Source: Acidobacteriota bacterium (lineage in GTDB: Bacteria > Acidobacteriota > UBA6911 > RPQK01 > JAJDTT01). Taken from it: DNA of 64,000 nucleotides. The stretch spans positions 29,816-93,815 of the forward strand of contig CBDCJH010000001.1 in the NCBI GenBank assembly GCA_965217775.1. The letters are read 5' to 3'. Position 1 is the first letter of the stretch. Each line of letters starts with the position of its first letter. Below, piece by piece: positions 56,141 through 64,000 of this stretch. The notes below the pieces were generated by a model. That model worked only from the letters and a program-made list of their open reading frames with translations. It ran no database searches and had not been told where the DNA came from. Made by a program: the position numbers and the translations under genes.

Positions 56141-57646
56141 GTGACGATGAAGAGATCGACACCCTTAACAGCCCGTGGTGAAAGTCGCCACGGCATTCGA
56201 CCGTCCCTGCATCCCGGCGAACTGCGTTGCGATCGGCTCACATACTCCCGGTATGCTCCCTCATCGCGCCTTGTCCGGCGGGCGCAGGAACGGTCTCGGT
56301 GCTCGCGGGACTCTCACCACGGACTGTTAATCCTGACGGCCGTATTGCTGGGAGTCGGGCTCCTCCTGCCGGGGGTCCCCGGAGTCTACGGAGCGCAGCC
56401 GGATGCGGAGCAAGCCTTCCACATCCCGGACCCGCTGCTGGGTGAGTACATTCGCACCGCCCTCGACTCCAACCCCTCCATCCTGACCGAGCTGGCCCGT
56501 TACCGTGCGGCTCTCCAGAAGGTGCCCCAGCAGACCGCTCTTCCCGATCCCATGGTGAGCTTCGGCCGCTACCTTCGCAGCGTAGAAACCCGGGAAGGTC
56601 CTCAACTGAGCACGCTCACACTCAGCCAGCGGTTCCCCTGGTTCGGCAAGCTGGACCTGAAGGGCAAGATCGCCTTCAAACGGGCGGCGGCCCGATACCG
56701 TCTCTACCGCGCCCGGGAAAGGGAAGTCGCCGCCGACGTGAAGCGAAACTTCTACGACGTGGCCTTTCTGGACCGGGCCCTGGAAGTCGTACAGGAGGAG
56801 AAATCTCTGCTGGCTCACTACGAGAATCTGGCTCAGGCTCGTTACGCTTCGGGCAAGGGACACCAGCAGGAGGTGATCCGGATCCAGGCCGAGATCAGCC
56901 GGACCATGAGCCGGCTGGAACTGCTGGGACAACAACGCCAATCGGCGGCGGCACGACTGAACAGCCTGCTGGACCAGCCTCCGGAAAAGCCCGTGCCTCG
57001 ACTCCTGCTTCCCGCTGCGGCGAAGGTCAGTATCAACTTGGATGAATTGTACGAGCTGGGGAAGCTTCACCGGCAGGAACTCAAGGGGACCATGGCGCGG
57101 ATCGAAGCTTCGGAGCAGGGCGTGGAGCTGGCCAAGAAGAGTTTCTGGCCGGATTTCACACTGACTGCGGGGACCGTCAACGTGGGCGGTCTTCCGCCGC
57201 AGGACCTGTTGCCGGCGACGCGTCCCGGCGGCGGAAAGAATGCCTACAACCTCTCGGTGGGCATCAACATTCCCCTCCAAAGGCACAAATACCGCGCGGA
57301 GGTGATGGAGGCCGCGGAAAACCTGATCGCCGAACGCAGCACGTATCGAGATCTGCGAAACCGGATTCAACTCTCCATCCGGGACCTGGCGGTTCGCATC
57401 CAGACCCTGTGGAGACAGATGGACCTGTTTGAACGGGTCCTGATTCCCCAGACCCGGGAGGCGCTCCGTTCCGCCGAGTCCGGATACCGGAACGGGCAGT
57501 TGGGGGCCCTGGAGCTCTTGGACAGCGAACGGTCCCTGTTGGAAACGCGCGTGCTCCAGGCTCGCCACCGGGCCGACTATTTGCAGGCCCTGGCGGAAAT
57601 GGAGCGGGCCGTCGGAGCACGTTACCCCGGATCGGGAGAAGACTGA
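56141..57646 (+). CDS. TolC-family outer-membrane efflux protein (CusC/CzcC-like) carrying an in-frame MITE insertion near the 5' end
   Basis: 501-aa track ORF. From about residue 65 it is a typical OMF (paired coiled repeats). Residues ~10-63 are encoded by MITE copy 2. The functional start is uncertain. Confidence 0.8.
   Translation: MTMKRSTPLTARGESRHGIRPSLHPGELRCDRLTYSRYAPSSRLVRRAQERSRCSRDSHHGLLILTAVLLGVGLLLPGVPGVYGAQPDAEQAFHIPDPLLGEYIRTALDSNPSILTELARYRAALQKVPQQTALPDPMVSFGRYLRSVETREGPQLSTLTLSQRFPWFGKLDLKGKIAFKRAAARYRLYRAREREVAADVKRNFYDVAFLDRALEVVQEEKSLLAHYENLAQARYASGKGHQQEVIRIQAEISRTMSRLELLGQQRQSAAARLNSLLDQPPEKPVPRLLLPAAAKVSINLDELYELGKLHRQELKGTMARIEASEQGVELAKKSFWPDFTLTAGTVNVGGLPPQDLLPATRPGGGKNAYNLSVGINIPLQRHKYRAEVMEAAENLIAERSTYRDLRNRIQLSIRDLAVRIQTLWRQMDLFERVLIPQTREALRSAESGYRNGQLGALELLDSERSLLETRVLQARHRADYLQALAEMERAVGARYPGSGED
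56169..56326 (+). mobile_element. 158-bp MITE, copy 2
   Basis: Terminal inverted repeats CAGCCCGTGGTGAAAGTC ... GACTCTCACCACGGACTG. Flanked by direct TTAA repeats (56165-56168 and 56327-56330). About 93% identical to copy 1. Confidence 0.8.
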
Positions 57647-59148
57647 TGAAAAGATGGGTTCTACCGGTCTTGCTGATTTTTCTGGCGGCGGCCGCCCTGA
57701 TCCTGGTGGATCCTTTCGATTGGCGCCTGATCCATCGGTTCCGGAAGGGAATCCCCTCCTGGTTCGGCATTCTGTCTCCCCAACGAGATTCCCAGGAGGG
57801 ACAGCTCTGGACCTGCGGCATGCATCCCCAGGTCATCCGCCAAGGGCCGGGAAGCTGTCCGCTCTGCGGGATGCGCCTGAGTCCGTTGAAAGGATCGACC
57901 GCCGGCCGGGAAGGCTCCGGGACAGATCGGGAAGGTGCCGGGACCGACCACGTCATGTCCCGTTCCCGACTCTCGCACGGCTCCACGGGCGACACCGGTG
58001 TTTCCGGCGAAACGGAGACACGCACCGCAGACAACCAACAGCCGGACGTTCCGGAAACGGAAATCGAGACCCGTCATCAGGACGTCGTTCGAATCGACCC
58101 GTCCTTCGTCCAGAACTTCGGCGTGCAGTGGGTCGCAGTCCGGCGGGTCGATCTCTCCTTCACCATCCGAACCGTGGGAAACCTGGTCCACGACGAAGGG
58201 AAGATGTCCTGGATCAACACCAAGTACGACGGTTGGATCGAGAAGGCTCACGTCAACTACGTGGGTGAGCCGGTCGAGAGAGGCCAGAAGCTGCTGGAGA
58301 TCTACAGCCCCGAACTGGTGACCACCCAGCAGGAGTATCTGCAGGCCATGGACTACGCCGAGCGGCTCGGCGGAAACCAGTACCCCGAGGTCGCCGAGCG
58401 GGCCCGATCCCTGGTGGAGTCCAGCCGGCGCCGGCTGGATCACTGGGACGTCGACTCGGACCAGATCCGCCGTCTGGAAGAGTCCCGAGAGCCCCGGCAC
58501 ACCGTCACCTTGGTATCACCGGTCAGCGGAGTGGTGGTGGAGAAAATGGACAAGGCGTTGGAGGGGATGCGAGTCCGTCCCGGAATGAACCTCTACAAGA
58601 TCGCCGATCCTTCCAGCCTCTGGGTGGAGGCGGAGGTCTTCGAGCATCAGATTCCCTGGCTGCAGATCGGACAGGCCGCCTCCATCGAGATTCCTGCCCA
58701 ACCGGGACAAAAATTTCAAGGCGCCGTCCGGTTCCTGTCCCCCGCCATCAGCGGCCGGACCCGGACTCTCAAGGTGTCGGTGGAGTTGATGGATCCCGAT
58801 CCGAGCCTTCGCGCCGACATGTACGCCAACGTCACCTTCGACGTGTCATCGGTCCGCGGAGCACTGGCGGTTCCCGAGGACTCGGTGATCCACAGCGGCC
58901 GCCGGAACCTGGTGGTCCTGGATCGGGGAAATGGAGCCTTCCAGGTCCGGGTGGTGGTGTTGGGCAGAAACGGCAATGGATTCTGGGAAGTGAGGAAGGG
59001 TCTGGCCGTTGGCGATCGGGTCGTGATCTCTTCCCAATTCCTCATCGATTCGGAGAGCCGTCTGAAGGAGGCCATTCGGAAAATCGTCTCTCCGAACTCC
59101 ACGGACGCCACGGGGAACACAGGATCCTCCATGCATCATCAGCACTGA
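57646..59148 (+). CDS. RND efflux periplasmic adaptor (CusB/CzcB-like) with an N-terminal metal-binding CxxC-type motif
   Basis: 500 aa. Motif WTCGMHPQVIRQGPGSCPLCGMRL followed by membrane-fusion-protein domains. Its start overlaps the upstream stop. Confidence 0.88.
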   Translation: MKRWVLPVLLIFLAAAALILVDPFDWRLIHRFRKGIPSWFGILSPQRDSQEGQLWTCGMHPQVIRQGPGSCPLCGMRLSPLKGSTAGREGSGTDREGAGTDHVMSRSRLSHGSTGDTGVSGETETRTADNQQPDVPETEIETRHQDVVRIDPSFVQNFGVQWVAVRRVDLSFTIRTVGNLVHDEGKMSWINTKYDGWIEKAHVNYVGEPVERGQKLLEIYSPELVTTQQEYLQAMDYAERLGGNQYPEVAERARSLVESSRRRLDHWDVDSDQIRRLEESREPRHTVTLVSPVSGVVVEKMDKALEGMRVRPGMNLYKIADPSSLWVEAEVFEHQIPWLQIGQAASIEIPAQPGQKFQGAVRFLSPAISGRTRTLKVSVELMDPDPSLRADMYANVTFDVSSVRGALAVPEDSVIHSGRRNLVVLDRGNGAFQVRVVVLGRNGNGFWEVRKGLAVGDRVVISSQFLIDSESRLKEAIRKIVSPNSTDATGNTGSSMHHQH

Positions 59149-59174
59149 AGGTCCAACCCACGGTGATCTGAGAA

Positions 59175-62100
59175 ATGCTTGGGAAAATCATCGACTGGTC
59201 CCTGGAAAACCGCCTCCTGGTCATCCTGGCCACCGGTTTCATCATCATCGCCGGACTGTATTCCTTCCGGCAGACCCCCCTGGACGCCATTCCGGACCTC
59301 TCTGACGTCCAGGTCATCATTTACGCCGAATACCCGGGCCAGGCCCCGCAGGTGGTGGAAGACCAGTTGACCTACCCCATCACCACCCAGATGCTCTCCG
59401 TGCCCTATTCGAAAGCCGTGCGGGGGTACTCTTTCTTCGGTTATTCCTTCGTCTACGTCATCTTCGAAGACGGGACCGACATGTACTGGGCCCGGAGCCG
59501 GGTGCTGGAGTCCCTGAACTACGTCAGCACCCGTCTGCCCGAAGGAGTGAGTCCCACCCTGGGACCGGACGCCAGCGGCGTCGGGTGGGCCTTCATGTAC
59601 GTCCTCAAATCGGAACGGAGAAACCTGGCCGAGCTTCGCAGCCTCCAGGACTGGTTCCTCAAGTACGAGCTCACCTCGGTCGACGGCGTGTCGGAAGTCG
59701 CGAGCGTCGGCGGCTTCGTCAAGCAGTACCAGATCACCGTGGATCCCAACAGGCTCCGAGCCTACGACATTCCCATCTCCCAGATTCGCCAGGCCGTCCA
59801 GCGGAGCAACAGCGAAGTGGGGGGACGGGTCCTGGAGATGTCGGAAACCGAGTTCATGATCCGCGGCCGGGGATATATCCGGAACGTGGCGGACCTCCGG
59901 GAGATTGCGTTGGCGGTGTCTCCGGCCGGAACGCCGATTCTCCTGAGAGACGTGGCCACGGTCCAGATGGGACCCGAAATGCGGCGGGGGATCGCTGAAT
60001 TCAACGGCGAGGGAGAGGTGGTGGGCGGAATCGTCGTGGTGCGGTCCGGGGCCAATACCCACCAGGTCATTCAAGGAGTCAAGGAGAAGTTGGAGGAGCT
60101 GCGCCAGGGTCTGCCCGGGGACGTCGAGATCCTGACCGTCTACGACCGGTCGGCTCTGATCGAACGGGCGGTGAAGACACTGGGGGAGAAACTCCTGGAA
60201 GAGGGGCTGGCGGTCGCCCTGGTGTGCATCCTGTTCCTGCTCCATTTGCGCTCCTCGCTGGTGGCCATCATCACCTTGCCGGTGGCGGTCCTGATCTCCT
60301 TCATCGTCATGGAGCAGCAGGGGATCGACGCCAACATCATGTCTCTGGGGGGCATCGCCATCGCCATCGGGGCCATGGTCGACGGCGCCGTCATCATGAT
60401 CGAGAACGCCCACAAGCACCTGGAGGCGGATCGCGGCCGCAAGGACCACTGGCAGATCATCGCCGAGGCCTCCAAGGAGGTCGGCCCCACCCTCTTCTTC
60501 GCCATGCTGGTCATCACCGTCTCCTTCATTCCCGTCTTCACTCTGGAGGCCCAGGAAGGGAGGCTCTTCAAGCCCTTGGCCTTCACCAAGACCTGGTCCA
60601 TGGCGGCGGCTTCGATTCTGGCGATCACTCTGGTGCCGGTCCTCATGGGTTACTGGATTCGGGGCCGGATCCGGTCCGAGAAGAGGAATCCCCTCAGCCG
60701 TATCCTGATCCGGCTCTACGACCCGGTGCTCCGTCTCCTGCTGAGGTGGAAGTGGACGGTCCTGCTCCTCACCGCCGGGACCTTGGGGTTGACCTGGTTT
60801 CCCTACTCCCGCCTGGGATCCGAGTTCATGCCGCCCCTCTATGAAGGCGACCTGCTCTACATGCCCACCACCCTGCCCGGAATCTCCACCACCAAGGCCC
60901 GAGAGATCCTGCAGCAGACAGACAGGATCATCGCCAGCTTTCCCGAGGTCGACCGCGTCTTCGGAAAGATCGGGCGAGCCGACACGGCCACCGACCCCGC
61001 CCCCCTGAACATGATCGAAACCACCATCATGCTCAAACCCGAGTCGGAGTGGCGCCCCGGCATGACCCCGGACACCCTCATCGCTGAGTTGAACCAGGCC
61101 ATTCAGTTCCCTGGACTCACCAACACCTGGACCATGCCCATCAAGACCCGGATCGCCATGCTCTCCACCGGAATCAAGACCCCGGTCGGGATCAAGTTGT
61201 CGGGACCGGACCTTACCGTGCTCCAGAACCTGGGGCAGGAGATCGAGGCGGTGGTCCGCCGCCTGCCCGGCACCCTCTCCGTCTACTCGGAGCGGGTCAT
61301 GGAGGGCAACTACCTGGACTTCGACATCCGGCGGGACGCCATTGCCCGCTACGGGCTCACCGTGGGCGACGTCCAGGATGTGATCCAGTCGGCCATCGGC
61401 GGAATGAACATCACCACCACCGTCGAGGGTCTGGAGCGCTATCCGGTGAATCTACGCTACAGCCGGGAATTGCGGGACAACCTTCCTGCCCTGCGGGAAA
61501 TCCTGGTTCCCACACCACGGGGGTCGCAGATCCCCCTGGGACAGTTGGCCTCCATCCGAATCCGGAAGGGGCCGGCTTCCATCAAGACCGAGAATTCCCG
61601 CCCCAACGCCTGGATCTACGTCGACCTGGCAGACATCGACGTGGGGAACTACGTGACCATGGCGCGGCAGGCGGTCGCGGGCCAAGTCGACGTTCCCGAC
61701 GGATACAACGTCGTCTGGAGCGGTCAGTACGAGCACATGGTGCGGACCCGCCAACACCTGATGGCCGTGATCCCCATGACCCTGTTGATCGTCTTCGTCA
61801 TCATCTACCTGAACACGCGCTCCGTTTTCGAGACGGCCATCGTGTTTCTGGCGGTCCCCTTCTCCCTGGTGGGAGCGTTCTGGCTGCTCTATCTGCTCGA
61901 CTACAACATGAGCGTTGCGGTCTGGGTCGGGATCATCGCCCTGATGGGACTGGATGCGGAAACCGGCGTGGTGATGCTACTCTACCTGAACGTGGCCTAC
62001 GGGAAGGCAGTCCGGGAGGGTCGCATGCAGCGGCTTTCGGATCTGACCGGTTGCATCCGCGAGGGCGCGGTCCACCGTGTGCGCCCCAAGGTGATGACGG

Positions 62101-62273
62101 CCTGCATCATCCTGGCGGGTCTCATTCCCATCATGTGGAGCCGTGGAGCCGGCGCGGACGTCATGAAGAGAATCGCCGCACCCATGGTCGGCGGAGTGAC
62201 GACTTCCGTCCTCCTGGAACTCTGTGTCTACCCCGTCATCTACTACATCTGGAAGGGTTGGAGGCTGAAATGA
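59175..62273 (+). CDS. CusA/CzcA-family heavy-metal efflux RND transporter
   Basis: 1032 aa with 12-TM RND architecture. The N-terminus (IIDWSLENRLLVILATGFIIIAGLYSF) is typical of the HME-RND family. Confidence 0.93.
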   Translation: MLGKIIDWSLENRLLVILATGFIIIAGLYSFRQTPLDAIPDLSDVQVIIYAEYPGQAPQVVEDQLTYPITTQMLSVPYSKAVRGYSFFGYSFVYVIFEDGTDMYWARSRVLESLNYVSTRLPEGVSPTLGPDASGVGWAFMYVLKSERRNLAELRSLQDWFLKYELTSVDGVSEVASVGGFVKQYQITVDPNRLRAYDIPISQIRQAVQRSNSEVGGRVLEMSETEFMIRGRGYIRNVADLREIALAVSPAGTPILLRDVATVQMGPEMRRGIAEFNGEGEVVGGIVVVRSGANTHQVIQGVKEKLEELRQGLPGDVEILTVYDRSALIERAVKTLGEKLLEEGLAVALVCILFLLHLRSSLVAIITLPVAVLISFIVMEQQGIDANIMSLGGIAIAIGAMVDGAVIMIENAHKHLEADRGRKDHWQIIAEASKEVGPTLFFAMLVITVSFIPVFTLEAQEGRLFKPLAFTKTWSMAAASILAITLVPVLMGYWIRGRIRSEKRNPLSRILIRLYDPVLRLLLRWKWTVLLLTAGTLGLTWFPYSRLGSEFMPPLYEGDLLYMPTTLPGISTTKAREILQQTDRIIASFPEVDRVFGKIGRADTATDPAPLNMIETTIMLKPESEWRPGMTPDTLIAELNQAIQFPGLTNTWTMPIKTRIAMLSTGIKTPVGIKLSGPDLTVLQNLGQEIEAVVRRLPGTLSVYSERVMEGNYLDFDIRRDAIARYGLTVGDVQDVIQSAIGGMNITTTVEGLERYPVNLRYSRELRDNLPALREILVPTPRGSQIPLGQLASIRIRKGPASIKTENSRPNAWIYVDLADIDVGNYVTMARQAVAGQVDVPDGYNVVWSGQYEHMVRTRQHLMAVIPMTLLIVFVIIYLNTRSVFETAIVFLAVPFSLVGAFWLLYLLDYNMSVAVWVGIIALMGLDAETGVVMLLYLNVAYGKAVREGRMQRLSDLTGCIREGAVHRVRPKVMTACIILAGLIPIMWSRGAGADVMKRIAAPMVGGVTTSVLLELCVYPVIYYIWKGWRLK

Positions 62274-62950
62274 AACCAAGTCTGTTCGCTCTCCTGACAC
62301 TGCTCTGTTTCGCCACCGGCGCCTGGGGAGATTCGATGCGGGTCCGGCACGACCACGATCCCTGGGGCAAGTGCGAAGGCGAATTGATCATCGACCAGGA
62401 GGGGATCGAATACCGGTCGCCGAAAAAGATGGACCACAACCGGAAGTGGGTCTGGCAAGACATTCAGAGCGTCGACCGCAAGTCCCCCTCTCGCCTGAGC
62501 GTGCTCACCTACGAAGACCAGAAGCTCCGTCTGGGCCAGGACAAGGTCTTCGACTTCGAGCTGCTGTCTCCTGATCAGACTTTTTCCGACCAGACGCTGT
62601 CGCTCATCTCCGGCAAGCTGAAGAAACCGGTGACCGATCGCGTCACCGACCCCATTGATGCCGAGTACCAGGTCCCGGCCAAACACAAGCACACTCTCGG
62701 AGGCTGCGAAGGCACGCTCTATTTCGGACCGGAGACCATCGTCTACGACAGCGAGGACTCGTCGGATTCGAGGAAATGGAGAAAGGATCGGGACGTGGCC
62801 AACGTCTGGTCCTCGCAACGGTACGAGCTGGAGATCCGGACTTTCGAAGAGAACCGCCGCAACTTCGACAAGATGCGGGTCTTTCGCTTTCAGCTCAAGG
62901 AGCCTCTGAATCAGGCATACTATGAGAAACTTCGTCGCGAACTGCCGTAG
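62270..62950 (+). CDS. periplasmic hypothetical protein with an internal tandem duplication (two H..GxCEG modules)
   Basis: ATG at 62270 overlaps the RND stop (ATGA). Signal peptide MKPSLFALLTLLCFATGAWG. The two ~95-aa halves align by eye. Confidence 0.65.
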   Translation: MKPSLFALLTLLCFATGAWGDSMRVRHDHDPWGKCEGELIIDQEGIEYRSPKKMDHNRKWVWQDIQSVDRKSPSRLSVLTYEDQKLRLGQDKVFDFELLSPDQTFSDQTLSLISGKLKKPVTDRVTDPIDAEYQVPAKHKHTLGGCEGTLYFGPETIVYDSEDSSDSRKWRKDRDVANVWSSQRYELEIRTFEENRRNFDKMRVFRFQLKEPLNQAYYEKLRRELP

Positions 62951-62989
62951 TCTTGGCGAGTGGCGACCGGCCCCCAGGGTAACTGTGTC

Positions 62990-63529
62990 ATGAAGGAAAA
63001 TGGGCCGCCGCCCGACGCTCCGGCCAAGCGTGCCGGTAGGGGCTCCCAGGTGTTTCGAGGAACTGCGCTCATACTGTTGATATTGCTGCTGGGCGGCAGC
63101 GGCTATTTCCTGTACACGCTGGAGACGGGAACCTGCGCCGTCTGCCAGAGACCTCTGCATGGAGACTCGACCTACCGAATCGTACTTTCCGGAGGAGAGG
63201 ACATCGACGTCTGCTGTCCTCGTTGCGGGCTCCATTACCAGGAGCTGAACGGCCACCGGGTGAAAGAGGCGTGGATTGGAGACGTCGCCACCGGAGAGCT
63301 CCTCCCCGCCGAGCAGGCCGTCTACGTCGAAGACAGCTCGATTCGCCAATGCTGCTCGCTGGAACGGCCCCGGGAAGATGGATCCGGCCACCAGTACACT
63401 CTGGCCTGGGACCGGTGCCTGCCCGGCCTGGTCGCCTTCAAGGACCGCCGGAGCGCTCTGGAATTCCAAGCAGGCCGCGGCGGCGTTATCCGAAGTTACC
63501 AGGAGCTGTTGGCGGCGGGTCACCGGTAA
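62990..63529 (+). CDS. membrane-anchored Cys-rich hypothetical protein
   Basis: ATG at 62990 within track ORF 62960. TM ALILLILLLGGSGYFLY. Cys motifs CAVCQ...CCPRCG...QCCS. Confidence 0.55.
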   Translation: MKENGPPPDAPAKRAGRGSQVFRGTALILLILLLGGSGYFLYTLETGTCAVCQRPLHGDSTYRIVLSGGEDIDVCCPRCGLHYQELNGHRVKEAWIGDVATGELLPAEQAVYVEDSSIRQCCSLERPREDGSGHQYTLAWDRCLPGLVAFKDRRSALEFQAGRGGVIRSYQELLAAGHR

Positions 63530-63567
63530 CGGCGAGTCCGCAGGGCAGCGCAATCAGGGAGAGAACC

Positions 63568-64000
63568 ATGAAGAGAAGACGATTTCTGGGGGCTGCGACG
63601 GCATCGGTGTCGGCCGGACTCTGGACCGGAGAAACTTCCGCCTTGCCCGTTTCGACCCGGCAAACCACCCGGACACCTCCCCTGCGCCTGGGAACGGTCA
63701 CCTACAACCTGGGCCGGAATTGGGACCTGGAGACGCTCATCCGCAACTGCACCGAAACCGGGTTCGAGGGGGTCGAGCTGCGCAGCACCCACGCCCACGG
63801 CGTCGAGATCGACATTTCTCCCGAGAAGCGCCGGGAGGTGATGATGCGATTTCAGGATTCACCGGTCCGCCTGGTGGGCCTGGGCAGCGCCTGCGAGTAT
63901 CACTCACCCGATCCGGAAGTCCTGCGCCGCAACATCGAAGAGACCAAGGATTTTGTCCGGCTGGCCCACGACGTCGGCGCCCCCGGCGTCAAGGTGCGCC
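63568..64000 (+). CDS. sugar phosphate isomerase/epimerase-like TIM-barrel protein with a Tat signal; 3' end runs off the window
   Basis: Not in the track (no stop in the window). MKRRRFLGAATASVSAGLW, then TYNLGRNWDLETLIRNCTETGFEGVELRSTHAHGVE. Confidence 0.65.
   Translation, partial: MKRRRFLGAATASVSAGLWTGETSALPVSTRQTTRTPPLRLGTVTYNLGRNWDLETLIRNCTETGFEGVELRSTHAHGVEIDISPEKRREVMMRFQDSPVRLVGLGSACEYHSPDPEVLRRNIEETKDFVRLAHDVGAPGVKVR

Overview
High-GC bacterial chromosomal segment, possibly Acidobacteria-like; that guess rests only on a VWFA-type protein, a full Bat/MoxR operon and many secreted repeat proteins. All alignments and coordinates here were done by hand, with no searches.

Ordinary content:
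- A PQQ-propeller gene, infA and bioF-bioD-bioA on the minus strand.
- tRNA-Cys(GCA) and tRNA-Asp(GUC).
- A vapBC toxin-antitoxin pair.
- Large secreted FG-GAP, VWA, sulfatase and ankyrin proteins.
- A complete moxR-DUF58-DUF4381-batABCDE operon.
- Transporters, a TolB/M28/PDZ protease and trmI, lemA, TPM and nucleotidyltransferase genes.
- A metal-resistance module: a sigma54-type response regulator, histidine kinase and CopA, divergent from a three-gene RND metal-efflux operon.

No rRNA genes or CRISPR arrays were seen.

Unusual content:
1. A diversity-generating retroelement (DGR) at about 30.9-33.9 kb with gene order target/VR, avd, RT, TR. VR/TR mismatches are adenine-biased, but the target gene looks decayed.
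2. A lower-GC mosaic region at 34-38.6 kb. At least 10 same-orientation copies of a ~25-nt motif (GAGAAGGGGACAGTC...TTTTC) bound fragments of other genes: a ~237-bp ankyrin paralog piece, the ankyrin 3' end, a transposase-like piece and an orphan second copy of the RT 3' end plus TR.
3. A 158-bp MITE with terminal inverted repeats and 4-bp target-site duplications, present twice. One copy is inside the Bat operon. The other is inserted in frame (162 bp, 54 codons) into the signal-peptide region of the outer-membrane efflux gene, just downstream of a sigma54-type promoter.
4. A REP-like double-hairpin intergenic element family.
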